A DNA stretch of 45,712 nt from an uncultured Planctomycetales bacterium (GTDB lineage Bacteria; Omnitrophota; Gorgyraeia; Gygaellales; Profunditerraquicolaceae), in the NCBI GenBank assembly GCA_964487475.1, contig CAZAPM010000001.1, positions 76,374 to 122,085 on the forward strand, written 5' to 3'. Position numbers and translations under genes: made by a program. Below are positions 1 to 11,140 of the stretch, piece after piece (position 1 is the stretch's first letter; each line of letters starts with the position of its first letter). Below the pieces are notes generated by a model. That model saw nothing but the letters and a program-made list of their open reading frames with translations. It made no database searches and was not told the DNA's origin.

Positions 1-28
1 AAGGAATACAAGATCAGCTTGAGGAAAG

Positions 29-448
29 ATGCCTAATATATTAGGTAAGAAGGGTGTCGCGATCTACCTGGTGTTGGCAACGGTCATGGTGGCGGTGATA
101 CTGGCCAGCGTGATCGGCAGGGTCATGACCAACCAGGGAAGGATCACCCATCATAAGGCAAGCCGAATCCAGGCGCAGTACGCTGCCCAGGCCGGGTATG
201 TGTATGCGATGGAGATGTTGCGTCTGGAAAGAGAGAACAAGCCTACACCGAACCCCCCATGGACGCCCAATGGAGCTCCTACGGTGCACTTCCTTAAGAA
301 CGGCGCCGGGATCGGGTTGGACCCGGCATTTCCCGAAACGATACAGACCATCCGCATCACGATCAATCCTCTTAATACCGATCCCGCAAGCCCGTTCTTC
401 CAAACCCATGAGATCGATGTGTTTGTAGATTATACGCCCGCTCCGTAA
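29..448 (+). CDS. PilX/GspK-like minor (pseudo)pilin
   Basis: Class III-type leader KKG|VAIYLVLATVMVAVILASVIG with no Glu at +5, followed by the PilX-like QAQYAAQAG segment; GAGG RBS upstream. Confidence 0.65.
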   Translation: MPNILGKKGVAIYLVLATVMVAVILASVIGRVMTNQGRITHHKASRIQAQYAAQAGYVYAMEMLRLERENKPTPNPPWTPNGAPTVHFLKNGAGIGLDPAFPETIQTIRITINPLNTDPASPFFQTHEIDVFVDYTPAP

Positions 449-550
449 CAAATCCTCATAGTCGTTCCACAAGAGAATTATAAAGAAAGTAAGTTTAAGG
501 TACTTCTGCATGCTCTAACTATGCGTTTTTTCCGTCGGAAAAAGTAGTAT

Positions 551-650
551 AGTTAAGTCTGAGTAAGTCTATTATAAAATACAGAAAAAAACGCTTGACA
601 GATTAAGACTGTGATGTTTTAATGTTATCCACTGAGTTATAAGTAAGACC
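551..650 (+). repeat. Four phased 10-bp direct repeats (RRKTAAGWCY) in the promoter region
   Basis: AGTTAAGTCT 551-560, GAGTAAGTCT 561-570, GATTAAGACT 601-610, AAGTAAGACC 641-650; spacings 10, 40 and 40 bp. Confidence 0.55.
595..623 (+). promoter_or_regulatory. sigma70-type promoter of the pilus operon
   Basis: TTGACA (595-600), 17 nt spacer, TG-n-TTTAAT (618-623); A-rich UP-like tract upstream. Confidence 0.6.
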
Positions 651-662
651 AACTGACAAAAT

Positions 663-851
663 ATGGCGAGACTGATAGACATAGACGAACTGGCAGAATA
701 CCTGAAGTTGCGAAAGCAAACCATTTATAACTGGCTGCACCAGGGGAAGATCTCGGGTATCAAAGTAGGCGGGGTCTGGCGATTTGACCGTAAAGAGGTT
801 GACGGCTGGTTGCGGAGTCGTAAGCGCTTCTCAAAAGCAGGAGAAAGATAA
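663..851 (+). CDS. Small excisionase/BldC-like (HTH_17, MerR-like) DNA-binding protein
   Basis: 62 aa: IDELAEYLKLRKQTIYNW...KVGGVWRFDRKEVDGWL, the typical Xis-family pattern; its stop overlaps the pilM start (TAATG). Confidence 0.85.
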   Translation: MARLIDIDELAEYLKLRKQTIYNWLHQGKISGIKVGGVWRFDRKEVDGWLRSRKRFSKAGER

Positions 852-2425
852 TGAACTCTTTCGGAATTTATTTCGGCGACAAATCGTTAGGATTATCCGA
901 AACCAAGGGCAGGAAACTGGTCAACAACCTGCACGTGGACCGCAGCATCCTGGGTGGAGGCGAAGGCGGAGAGAAGGTGCCGGATGAGCTTAAGATCGTG
1001 GCGCTGCTCAAGGACCACCTGCGCCGCTACAAGATCACCGCGAACGAGGCGGTGGTTTCCCTTTCCAGCCGCGACCTTATCGTGCGGACTTTTGATATCC
1101 CGATCATGCCTCCCGATGAGCTCAAAAGCGCGATCGTCTTCGAAGCGAAGAAATACGTACCCTTCAAGATCGAGGAGCTGGTTTCCGATTACCATGTTAC
1201 CGTCGACCGCCCCAATAAGCGCAATCTGATAGTCTTTGTCGGTATCAAGAAGGATATCCTCGCGAAATATGTCTCCATGATCGCCCAGCTCGGGCTCAAG
1301 ATCTCCGGTCTCGAGTACTACGGGTTCAGTATGATGCGTCTGGCATCACTGGCCGGGGTCCCGAACCGTGGGGTATGCGCGTTGGTCAGCGCAGGCACCA
1401 TCAAAGAGGGCGAGACGAATTTCATGGTCATGGATAACGGATTCCCGCTTTTTTGCCGGGATATCGTACTGGGAGGGGAAGCGCCGGCAGTGACTGCGGA
1501 GAGCGAGTCGGTACCTCCTGTCGCCAACGGCGGCAGCATGCTGGCGGAAAAGCTGAAGACGGAATTGCGGGTGTCATTCGATTTCTACAGCCGTAAGTTC
1601 TCCGGCAAGCGGATAACCACCTTATATTATATCGCTCCCGATGAGCTGCGCCAGGAGATCGAGTCGTTTGCCCGGGAGATGGGGGTGGTGACGCAGAGCG
1701 TCGATGTCTCCAAGCTCCTGGGTGTCGGCGTGCCGTACAGCATCGGACAGACCTCGAGTTTCTCGGCGTCTTTGATGAAATCGGTGAAATCCGGTATATC
1801 CGTTAATCTGCTTTCCCCGAAATCGAGCGCGTTCTCCAGCCGTAAGCTGGATGCGAACATCAACGTGAACGTGGGCAGCATGATCAGCGGGTTCATCTTC
1901 GACCCCAAATCCGTGGTCTTCGGCGCGCTGATCTGCGCCGGGGTGTACGGGTACGGGGAATACCGGATGGTCCCCTTCAAGAACCAGCTCAAAGAGACGG
2001 TCGCCAAAAGGCTTCAGTTCGACAAGATGCCGGCCGATGATTCTCTGGAATCTCTCCAGGGGTTGCGCGATGAGTATGAGCGGAAGATACAGGTGTTCGA
2101 CCGGCTGATCAGGAACCAGATGCTGATCACTGCGCCGCTGAATTCCATACCTACGCTGTTGCCGGAAGGGATATGGCTGACCGGACTTAATTTCGTCAGC
2201 AGGGAAGACGGTGACGTGGAACTGGAGTTTTCCGGCCTGGCGTACCTTGAGGACGGGGAGCAGGAGATGCTGCGGATCAATGAGTTCCTGGGCAACCTTG
2301 CCTCGGATCAGGCGTTCACCCAGGCTTTTCGGGATATCAAGCTCGTTACTATGGACCGAGTTGAAAACTTCAATGTCAAATCCACGACCTTTTCAATCCG
2401 GTGTGTCAAGACGAGGAAGAGATAA
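851..2425 (+). CDS. pilM: Type IV pilus assembly protein, PilM-PilN fusion (GspL-like architecture)
   Basis: PilM-like N-terminus (FGIYFG; IVFEAKKYVPFKIEELVSDY; TELRVSFDFY), internal PilN-type SVNLLSP motif, a TM helix, then a PilN-like periplasmic domain (LPEGIWLT, LEFSGLAY). Confidence 0.8.
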   Translation: MNSFGIYFGDKSLGLSETKGRKLVNNLHVDRSILGGGEGGEKVPDELKIVALLKDHLRRYKITANEAVVSLSSRDLIVRTFDIPIMPPDELKSAIVFEAKKYVPFKIEELVSDYHVTVDRPNKRNLIVFVGIKKDILAKYVSMIAQLGLKISGLEYYGFSMMRLASLAGVPNRGVCALVSAGTIKEGETNFMVMDNGFPLFCRDIVLGGEAPAVTAESESVPPVANGGSMLAEKLKTELRVSFDFYSRKFSGKRITTLYYIAPDELRQEIESFAREMGVVTQSVDVSKLLGVGVPYSIGQTSSFSASLMKSVKSGISVNLLSPKSSAFSSRKLDANINVNVGSMISGFIFDPKSVVFGALICAGVYGYGEYRMVPFKNQLKETVAKRLQFDKMPADDSLESLQGLRDEYERKIQVFDRLIRNQMLITAPLNSIPTLLPEGIWLTGLNFVSREDGDVELEFSGLAYLEDGEQEMLRINEFLGNLASDQAFTQAFRDIKLVTMDRVENFNVKSTTFSIRCVKTRKR

Positions 2426-2428
2426 GCT

Positions 2429-2956
2429 ATGGAAAACACTCCTATCGTAAAGAAGTACGGAAATGTGATCCTCAACGGCGTGATCGTGCTGGTATTCGTG
2501 TGGGTAGGATATAAGATACACACGAATTATAACGAGAAGATCGCGCGCCTGGAAAGCGAGATCAAGCTGGAGAAGGATAAGAATTCCGTGGTACGCGAGC
2601 TGCGTATCAAGAACAAGACGCTTGAAGCATATAAGAAGCTCCTTAATAACAAGGATGTGAACAGGCTGGTAGGCCAGATCCACTCTCTCGCAAAAGAAGC
2701 GGGAGTGCAAATGGAATCGGTCCGGCCGCTGGATAAAGAGGATAAGGGGATATATATCCGTTATCCATTCGAGTTGCAGGTGATAGGACCTTCCTATCAT
2801 GCGCTGGGCAGGTTCGCCAGCAAGCTGGAGGTCCATCCCGCGGTTTTCACCATTGAGACGAGCACGATCAATCAGTCGGACCCGTATACATCTAAGGGCA
2901 AGGGGAACTCGATAGAGATGAAGATAAAGATCAGCACCCTTTCGGCCAAGGACTAG
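2429..2956 (+). CDS. pilO: PilO/GspM-like inner-membrane assembly protein
   Basis: N-terminal TM helix, coiled coil, then IHSLAKEAGV...SYHALGRFASKLE; sits directly after pilMN. Confidence 0.8.
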   Translation: MENTPIVKKYGNVILNGVIVLVFVWVGYKIHTNYNEKIARLESEIKLEKDKNSVVRELRIKNKTLEAYKKLLNNKDVNRLVGQIHSLAKEAGVQMESVRPLDKEDKGIYIRYPFELQVIGPSYHALGRFASKLEVHPAVFTIETSTINQSDPYTSKGKGNSIEMKIKISTLSAKD

Positions 2957-2960
2957 CGCT

Positions 2961-3461
2961 ATGGAAAAGACCTTATTGAAAAAGTTCCTGATTATGTGCA
3001 TGGTGTCGGTGCTCTGGAGCCTTTCGGCGGGGCAGTCGTTCGCCAGCAAGGTGGAGAAGCGGCTGGAGGAGCTCTCTCAGCAGGAGGCGGAGTATGCCGA
3101 AAACGCCCTGGCGGCGATCGAGCGTCCTACCGCCGAATACAAGGCTGAAGCCTTCCGCGACCCGTTCGTCCCCTTGCTCAAGCGCGACGATTCGGACAGA
3201 GGCGATGAGTTCGGGGGAGATGCCGATGATAGCTTTGTGAAGGATCTTTCCGTAAGCGGTATCATCGTGGGGGGGAAATTCCCGCAGGCGATCATCAACC
3301 GCCAGGTGGTGAAGGTGGGGGATATGATCGGCGAAGCAAAGGTGCTGGAGATAAAAAAAGAAGGGGTTACCCTTTATTATAAAAGTAATAACATAGTTAT
3401 ATCTTCCCCGGCGTTCGCCGAGGCGAAAAGGCTTTCAAACAAAGGAGGATCTAATGAGTAG
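2961..3461 (+). CDS. PilP/GspC-like periplasmic assembly protein
   Basis: Signal peptide, FRDPFVP motif, LSVSGII...AIINRQVVKVGD beta domain; lies between pilO and the secretin. Confidence 0.7.
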   Translation: MEKTLLKKFLIMCMVSVLWSLSAGQSFASKVEKRLEELSQQEAEYAENALAAIERPTAEYKAEAFRDPFVPLLKRDDSDRGDEFGGDADDSFVKDLSVSGIIVGGKFPQAIINRQVVKVGDMIGEAKVLEIKKEGVTLYYKSNNIVISSPAFAEAKRLSNKGGSNE

Positions 3462-5013
3462 TATGTTGAAGCATGTGGTGGTAGCCTGCGCATTCATCTT
3501 TGCCGGCATGCCGACGGTCATGGCAGGTCCGAGCGCTCCGGAATTATTTATCCCCGATGAAGGGGTTACCATCTCCATGGACCTCCAGGATGCCCAGCTC
3601 AAGGATGTGTTGAAGCTTTTTTCCATCCAGTCCGGGCTGAATTTCATCGCCAACGAAGGCATACAGGAGAGGCAGATCACTCTTTATCTCGACAAGGTCC
3701 CTCTGCGGGATGCCATGGATAAACTTTTTTCCGCGAACAACCTCAGCTATGAGCTGATGAAGGATTCCAACATCATCGTGGTCAAGGATTGGGGTAAGCC
3801 CCAGATCGAGACCGTGACCAAGGTGTTCACCCTTAAGAACGCCACGGTTTCCTCCTCTTCCCTGAAGGAAGAGATGGCCAGCCAGATGAAGGATTTCGTC
3901 AAGATCGCCTCCGATGTCGGCGGCGCGGAAACGGAAGATACCGAAGAAGGCAGCTCGGGCAAGTGGAAGTCGGTCGAGAGAAGCGGCATCACCGAGGTTA
4001 TCACCCAGATGTTAAGCGAGTCGGGGTCGGTGATCGAGGATTTCCGTACCAACAGCCTTATCGTGACGGATATCCCCTCCCATATGGAGAAGATCGAGCT
4101 GGTGATCTCGCAGCTGGACGTGCCCTTGTCTCAGATCCTGCTTGAAGTCGAAGTGCTTGACGTATCCAAAACGGAACTGGAGAAGAAAGGCCTGAAATTC
4201 GGCGATATCACCAGCCTGGAGGGCCTGTTGAGCGCGGGAGTGACCTTTGCCAGCAGGCAGACGTATTTCCCGTTGCATGGTTTTACCGGAGACGCGCGTG
4301 CCAAGAGCGCGGTCACCCCGGGCAGCTTCCACTTCTATGGAGATAACGGCACCGGAAGCAAGACCGTGCTCCTGGATTTCCTTCAGCAGTTGGCCAGCAC
4401 CAAGATCATCGCCCGTCCTAAGATCGTTACTCTGAACAACGAGCCGGCGGAGATCAGGGCGCTGGTGAGCGAGGTTATCGGCGAGAAGACTACCATCGAT
4501 GATACCGGTAACGTGGAAACCACCGCGGAGCGTACCGTGACGGGTCTTTCGCTGCGCGTGGTCCCGCAGGTCAATATCGAGACCGGAGATATCACCATGT
4601 TCGTGGCGCCTAAGATCATCGAAGCCAATCCGAGCACGCTCTTCCCCAGCTCGTACCGCGATCCGGAAGGCCGGGAAACGAAATCCATGGTCAGGATCAA
4701 GGACGGCGAGACCGTGATTGTGGGAGGGTTGATCAAGCATGTCACGAGCGTTACCACGGATGAGGTCCCTGTGGTAAGCAAGATCCCCCTGGTGGGCCGT
4801 TTGTTCAGGCACAAGAACAAGGACCGGGGGCTGGAGCGCGAGCTGTTGGTGTTCATCACCCCGCGCATCGTCAAGGATGTCGGATATTCTGGAGCTACTG
4901 CCGCCAGCAAGTCCGTGAAGATACAGGCTCCCCAGAGGGAGCAGAACGCTGCCAACGGTATGGACAGGCAGAGGATCATCGCATCGAGCCTTACCGGGTT
5001 TGAGACGAACTAG
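3454..5013 (+). CDS. pilQ: Outer-membrane secretin (PilQ/GspD family)
   Basis: N0 domain ISMDLQDAQLKDVL, N3 domain DFRTNSLIVTD, secretin core IIARPKIVTLNN, DGETVIVGGLI, VPVVSKIPLVGRLF, ELLVFITPRIV. Confidence 0.92.
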   Translation: MSSMLKHVVVACAFIFAGMPTVMAGPSAPELFIPDEGVTISMDLQDAQLKDVLKLFSIQSGLNFIANEGIQERQITLYLDKVPLRDAMDKLFSANNLSYELMKDSNIIVVKDWGKPQIETVTKVFTLKNATVSSSSLKEEMASQMKDFVKIASDVGGAETEDTEEGSSGKWKSVERSGITEVITQMLSESGSVIEDFRTNSLIVTDIPSHMEKIELVISQLDVPLSQILLEVEVLDVSKTELEKKGLKFGDITSLEGLLSAGVTFASRQTYFPLHGFTGDARAKSAVTPGSFHFYGDNGTGSKTVLLDFLQQLASTKIIARPKIVTLNNEPAEIRALVSEVIGEKTTIDDTGNVETTAERTVTGLSLRVVPQVNIETGDITMFVAPKIIEANPSTLFPSSYRDPEGRETKSMVRIKDGETVIVGGLIKHVTSVTTDEVPVVSKIPLVGRLFRHKNKDRGLERELLVFITPRIVKDVGYSGATAASKSVKIQAPQREQNAANGMDRQRIIASSLTGFETN

Positions 5014-5070
5014 TCTCGGACGGAAGTTGAGCGGATATCGGTGCAGAGCGCAACTGGCAGTGGGACATCC

Positions 5071-6788
<1,718 letters not shown>

Positions 6789-6789
<1 letters not shown>

Positions 6790-8024
6790 TGCCTAAATTT
6801 TTCTTTACTGTCAGGGATGCGCATGGCAAGAAGATGATCGATTATACCGACGCCAACAATGAGGACGAGCTTATTACGCGTCTGCAGGCCAAGGGCCTGA
6901 CGGTGGTCAATATTCAGCCGGCGTATCAGCAGGGCGGGGGGTTGCAGGAAGCCACCGCCGCGAAAGTGCGCATCCGCCGCAAGCATCTGCGCATCACGGA
7001 AGAGGACCTGGTGCTTTTGTGCCGGCAGTTCGCGACATTGCTGGGCGCGGGTGTCACCGTGCTCAAATGCCTGGATATCATCTGCAAGCAGGTGACCAGT
7101 ATCCGCCTGCAGAAGGTGCTGATCGACGTGCAGAAAGGGATGGAGGCGGGACTTTCGCTGCATGAGGCCCTGGCCAAACACCCGACGGTGTTCTCCGACC
7201 TTTGGTGCAACCTGGTGGAAAGCGGCGAGGCATCGGGAAACCTGGCGGTGATACTCGGACGCCTGGCCGGTTATCTGGAGCGCAACGCCGAGTTCAAGCG
7301 CAAGGTCATTACGGCGCTGATCTATCCCGCGATCCTTTTCTTCGCCTGTGTGGGCGCGTTGCTCTTTTTGACCATCAGTATCGTGCCTACCTTTAAAGAG
7401 CTCTTTGAAGGATTCGACCTGGAACTGCCGGTACTGACTAAAATGATCATGGCCTTCAGTGAGATGTTGCGTAAATATTTCGTCTATATCTTTGTCGGGC
7501 TCATTGCGCTGGGGTATTTCCTCCGCAGTTACATCAAGACCAAGGAGGGGAAGAAGAAGTTCGAAGAGCTGCGTTTTTCGCTGCCCACCTTCGGCGACTT
7601 CTTCAGGGCGCTGGTGGTGGAACGGTTCTCCTCGGAAATGTCCACCCTGATCGAAAGCGGCGTGCCCATCCTGTATTCACTGGATATCACGGAGCATAGC
7701 GTGGATAATCTTACCATGGCCGAGATCATCCGTAAGATCAAGGAAGAGGTGCGTAACGGCAAGTCCTTAAGCGCGCCTCTTGACCAGAGCGGGTTTTTCG
7801 AGCCGATGGTGGTGCAGATGGTGGGTATCGGCGAGGAGATCGGCGAGCTTCCCCAGATGTTCAAAAAGATCAACGAATTCTACCAGGAATATGTGGAAAC
7901 CTTCCTGGTGCGTTTTACCTCGATGTTCGAGCCTTTTATGCTCATTTTCATGGGCGGGGTGATCGGTCTTCTGGTCGTCGGGATATTCCTTCCGCTCTTC
8001 CAGATCGCCAGGATCGGGGGATAA
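6789..8024 (+). CDS. pilC: Inner-membrane platform protein PilC/GspF
   Basis: RQFATLLGAGV, GEASGNL, ALIYPAIL, ESGVPI, GEEIGEL, FEPFMLIFMG, IFLPLFQI. Confidence 0.95.
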
Positions 8025-8062
8025 AAAGGCAGAAAGCGTTTTCTTTCAACACATTGAATCTC

Positions 8063-8091
8063 TTGACTTTCTACGCTAATTGCGTTATAAT
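8063..8091 (+). promoter_or_regulatory. sigma70 promoter of the major pilin gene
   Basis: TTGACT (8063-8068), 17 nt spacer, TATAAT (8086-8091) in an AT-rich intergenic gap. Confidence 0.75.
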
Positions 8092-8176
8092 TAGATGGTA
8101 AATAGATATACCAGAGGGGAGGTGAATTGACGAAATGCGAGGAAAAGGCATAGTTAAACACACGAAGGAGGAAATC

Positions 8177-8584
8177 ATGAATAAGAAAGGTTTTACGCTT
8201 ATCGAGTTGATCATCGTAGTTATCATTATCGGTATTTTGGCTGCAGTTGCGGTTCCTCAGTATCTTAAAGCAGTAGAACGCGCGAAGATGGCTACGGCTA
8301 TCTCCAACCTCAGGATCCTGGCGGATGCTCAGAAGGTATATCGCGCCAGAGAGGATGTGTATGCGACAACCGCTGCTAACCTGAAGAACAGCGACGTCGA
8401 TATCGACGAGGTATTGGCGCAGAACGGCAAGGATTTTACCTTTTCAGTGGCAGCGGCAGCCGCGACAACGTTCACGGTGCAGGCGGCTAGAACCGCAGGT
8501 AAGGGTCCTTGCGCAGGTGTTATGACGTTGAACCAGATCGGTACTTTGACTGGAGCGTATAAGGCCTGTGTTGACGGACTGTAA
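8177..8584 (+). CDS. pilA: Type IV major pilin
   Basis: MNKKG|FTLIELIIVVIIIGILAAVAVPQY; strong AAGGAGG RBS; dedicated promoter and downstream hairpin; C-terminal Cys pair. Start taken at ATG 8177. Confidence 0.85.
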   Translation: MNKKGFTLIELIIVVIIIGILAAVAVPQYLKAVERAKMATAISNLRILADAQKVYRAREDVYATTAANLKNSDVDIDEVLAQNGKDFTFSVAAAAATTFTVQAARTAGKGPCAGVMTLNQIGTLTGAYKACVDGL

Positions 8585-8600
8585 TAAGAGTACGTAATGC

Positions 8601-8638
8601 TATGCCTCACCGCTCTCTGAGCGGTGAGGCATATTTAT
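8601..8638 (+). terminator. Intrinsic terminator or mRNA-stabilising hairpin after the major pilin
   Basis: Perfect 15-bp stem TATGCCTCACCGCTC-TCT-GAGCGGTGAGGCATA (8601-8633) followed by TTTATT. Confidence 0.8.
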
Positions 8639-8670
8639 TCGGGGTTATTATATTGTACTGTGGCGGGGAG

Positions 8671-9126
8671 GTGATCAGGGTGAAAAGATCTGGGTTTACG
8701 CTGGTGGAATTGGTTATCGTAGTGATCGTGATCGGGATATTGGCAGCCCTGGCCGTGCCCCAATACATCCGCGCGGTGGAGCGCAGCAAAGAGGCCAAAG
8801 CAAGGAATAATATTTCTTTGGTGGTCAAGGCCGAGAATATGCGCCATGAGGATCCGGACATCCCTGCCGGTATCCGGTATACCTACCAGTTCGGCAATGT
8901 GGATGTGATCGGCCTGATGGGCGGCATGGGAGCGGCGAACATCGGACGTTATGTGGAAATGGACCAGGTTATTAATGATGAGGATTTCAGCTATATCGTC
9001 AGTGCGGCGGGTGGATTCACTGTCACTGCAACGAAACTGACGCCGCCATGTTTGGGATCGACGGTGACGGTGGATGCGGCGGGCACGTGGGGTGGGACTT
9101 ATGACGCGTGTATCGATGCTCTCTAA
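8671..9126 (+). CDS. Type IV pilin-like protein 2 (paralog of the major pilin)
   Basis: KRSG|FTLVELVIVVIVIGILAALAVPQYIRAVERSK; C-terminus GTYDACIDAL resembles pilA GAYKACVDGL. Start is GTG 8671 or 8680. Confidence 0.85.
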   Translation: MIRVKRSGFTLVELVIVVIVIGILAALAVPQYIRAVERSKEAKARNNISLVVKAENMRHEDPDIPAGIRYTYQFGNVDVIGLMGGMGAANIGRYVEMDQVINDEDFSYIVSAAGGFTVTATKLTPPCLGSTVTVDAAGTWGGTYDACIDAL

Positions 9127-9127
9127 A

Positions 9128-9547
9128 ATGGGGACTGACGGGCGCAGGGGATTCACCTTGCTCGAAACGATCGTCGTCGTCATAGTGGTAGGGATCCTTG
9201 CGGTGCTGGGTATGAATTCATTCGCGTTAACGAAGCGAAAAGCCGCGGGTAAGGAAGCGATCGCGAACATGCGTATTATGATGGCGGCGTACGGTACGTA
9301 CCGGATGGAGCATCCCGGGTTTGCGGGTGGCTGTATATGCAATAATCCCGTTGACTGTAACGGTGCCAACGGATGTAACAGGGTGTTGCGTTTGAATTTG
9401 ATGCCCAAGCCTGGACTGGGGTGGAGGTATATGGTTGTAGGCGGGGTGGGTTTTTTTGTATCCGCGTTCAATAATGAGTGCGTGTATAATATTGTGAGCA
9501 CTGTTCCGGATGATGTCGGTAGCAGTGATCCTGTGCGCTGCCCTTAA
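9128..9547 (+). CDS. Type IV pilin-like protein 3 (Cys-rich)
   Basis: RRG|FTLLETIVVVIVVGILAVL; contains CICNNPVDCNGANGCN. Confidence 0.85.
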   Translation: MGTDGRRGFTLLETIVVVIVVGILAVLGMNSFALTKRKAAGKEAIANMRIMMAAYGTYRMEHPGFAGGCICNNPVDCNGANGCNRVLRLNLMPKPGLGWRYMVVGGVGFFVSAFNNECVYNIVSTVPDDVGSSDPVRCP

Positions 9548-9563
9548 ACAGGAGGGGGAACTG

Positions 9564-9980
9564 GTGAAAAGCAGAGGATTTTCCTTGCTGGAACTGATCA
9601 TAGTGACAGTGATCGTGGGTATTCTTGTGGCAATGGCTATCCCCCAGTTCGCCAGGACCCGGGAGCAGGCGCTGCAGAAGGACGCATTGGCGAATCTGCG
9701 CTTGATACAGGCTGCGGAGCGGGGGTACAGGCTGGAGAACAACGCGCGTGAATTCGGAGATTGCAATTGCGTGAACACCGCGACCTGCAACGCGGCGGAC
9801 GGATGTAACAGCCGTTTGCGGATGTCCTTGTCGCCTACGGAGTGGTCGTATTCGGTGGCGGGTGACGCGAATTCTTTTACGGCGACGGCGGTCAGGCTTA
9901 CGGGGCCTACCGCGGGATGTACTTATACCATTGATCAGGACGATATCGATCCCGTGTTCTCGTCGGGTGGCTGTCTCTAG
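9564..9980 (+). CDS. Type IV pilin-like protein 4 (Cys-rich)
   Basis: KSRG|FSLLELIIVTVIVGILVAMAIPQF; contains CNCVNTATCNAADGCN; GGAGG RBS before GTG 9564. Confidence 0.85.
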   Translation: MKSRGFSLLELIIVTVIVGILVAMAIPQFARTREQALQKDALANLRLIQAAERGYRLENNAREFGDCNCVNTATCNAADGCNSRLRMSLSPTEWSYSVAGDANSFTATAVRLTGPTAGCTYTIDQDDIDPVFSSGGCL

Positions 9981-9989
9981 GAGCGTACG

Positions 9990-10388
9990 GTGAATAAAAA
10001 AGGCTTGTCCTTGCTTGAGATCGTGGTGGCTTTGATGATCCTGGCAGTGGTGATGACGGGATTAGGTGCGGTGTTTGTGGGCGGGAAACGCTTTATCACC
10101 TATAACCGCGGCAAGATGATGGCGGCCGAAGGGGCGAGAACTCGGGGCGCGGGGTTCCATGGTGATGTGCGCGAGGATTTGTACGATCATGCTGTGAAAG
10201 ATTATGTTGCTGCTGATGAGCGGTTGCAGCTTGTCACCGATAGGCCGGATAATATAGATTACCTGGTGGATCCGGATGTGTCTCAGGAGCTGATCTCGAC
10301 CGTTACTACCAATACCCGGCCTCCCGGGGCGGCGGCGGATACCCAGATGCGGAAGGTTGAGATCAATATGCGTTGGGATCTGGAATGA
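9990..10388 (+). CDS. Minor pilin, PilV/GspI-like
   Basis: NKKG|LSLLEIVVALMILAVV; C-terminal RKVEINMRW strand typical of PilV/GspI. Confidence 0.75.
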   Translation: MNKKGLSLLEIVVALMILAVVMTGLGAVFVGGKRFITYNRGKMMAAEGARTRGAGFHGDVREDLYDHAVKDYVAADERLQLVTDRPDNIDYLVDPDVSQELISTVTTNTRPPGAAADTQMRKVEINMRWDLE

Positions 10389-11032
10389 CGCGCAGACGGG
10401 GGATCACCTTACTGGAGATGCTGATCGCGCTCACTCTGGTGGGCGTGGTAAGTATCGGTATTTTAAGTATTGATACTTTCAGCCGTTACCAGGCGGTTAC
10501 GGCAAGCCAGAGGGCGACCTTGCAGGAAGAGGCGGCGAACGCTATTGAGCATATGCAGAAACACATATTCACCGCGATAGGCGATGACTTGAATTGGCCG
10601 ATAGTGTTATATCCGGGGAATCAGGGATTTGCCGCGAGGCTTGATACCAATCAGAACGGAAGGCTCGATCCGGGGGTTGATCAATGGGTCGCATACTTGA
10701 ACAGGAACAATCAGATCCATTTTTATTCCGGCATGGCTACCTCTGCCATGCCAGGCGCCGACGGAGAGGTGATCGCCAACCATATCCGTAGCGTAAGCGG
10801 AAACAATGTGATCACCGGGATGCGCGTGATGGACGAGCATTCGATAGTGCCGAGGCAGCACTGGTATAATCATATCATGGTGGTGGTGCGTACGTGTTGG
10901 GACCCCTTGGAGACGAGCGGGCCGTGCGACGACCCGACCCCGGGCGGTGTCGAGAGCGGAGTGCGAAATTTCAGGAATCCTACCTTTAATACGCAGTCGC
11001 GTTTGGATATGCCCAGCGTTTCGGTCAATTAA
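10385..11032 (+). CDS. Minor pilin, PilW/GspJ-like
   Basis: RRRG|ITLLEMLIALTLVGVV; LQEEAANAIEHMQKHI helix; ATGA overlap with the upstream gene. Confidence 0.75.
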   Translation: MTRRRGITLLEMLIALTLVGVVSIGILSIDTFSRYQAVTASQRATLQEEAANAIEHMQKHIFTAIGDDLNWPIVLYPGNQGFAARLDTNQNGRLDPGVDQWVAYLNRNNQIHFYSGMATSAMPGADGEVIANHIRSVSGNNVITGMRVMDEHSIVPRQHWYNHIMVVVRTCWDPLETSGPCDDPTPGGVESGVRNFRNPTFNTQSRLDMPSVSVN

Positions 11033-11039
11033 TTTTCGA

Positions 11040-11068
11040 TTGTCAAAACCCTCCTAGTGTGGTACATT
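11040..11068 (+). promoter_or_regulatory. sigma70 promoter upstream of the repeats and tRNA
   Basis: TTGTCA (11040-11045), 17 nt spacer, TG-n-TACATT (11063-11068). Confidence 0.6.
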
Positions 11069-11140
11069 AATTGAGATTTTGCCCCTCGCGCTTTATAAAA
11101 TCTTAAGGTTCGCGGGGGCAAATTTTTCTTCGAAAAATTT

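Noticed and set aside
516..554. Hairpin around TTTTTCC-GTC-GGAAAAA as an intrinsic terminator
   Set aside because: Weak, mostly A/T stem with no clear downstream U-tract on the + strand; role uncertain.
663..851. Excisionase as evidence of a prophage or ICE integrated at tRNA-Ala
   Set aside because: No integrase, phage genes or duplicated tRNA 3' end seen; the gene is coupled to pilM.
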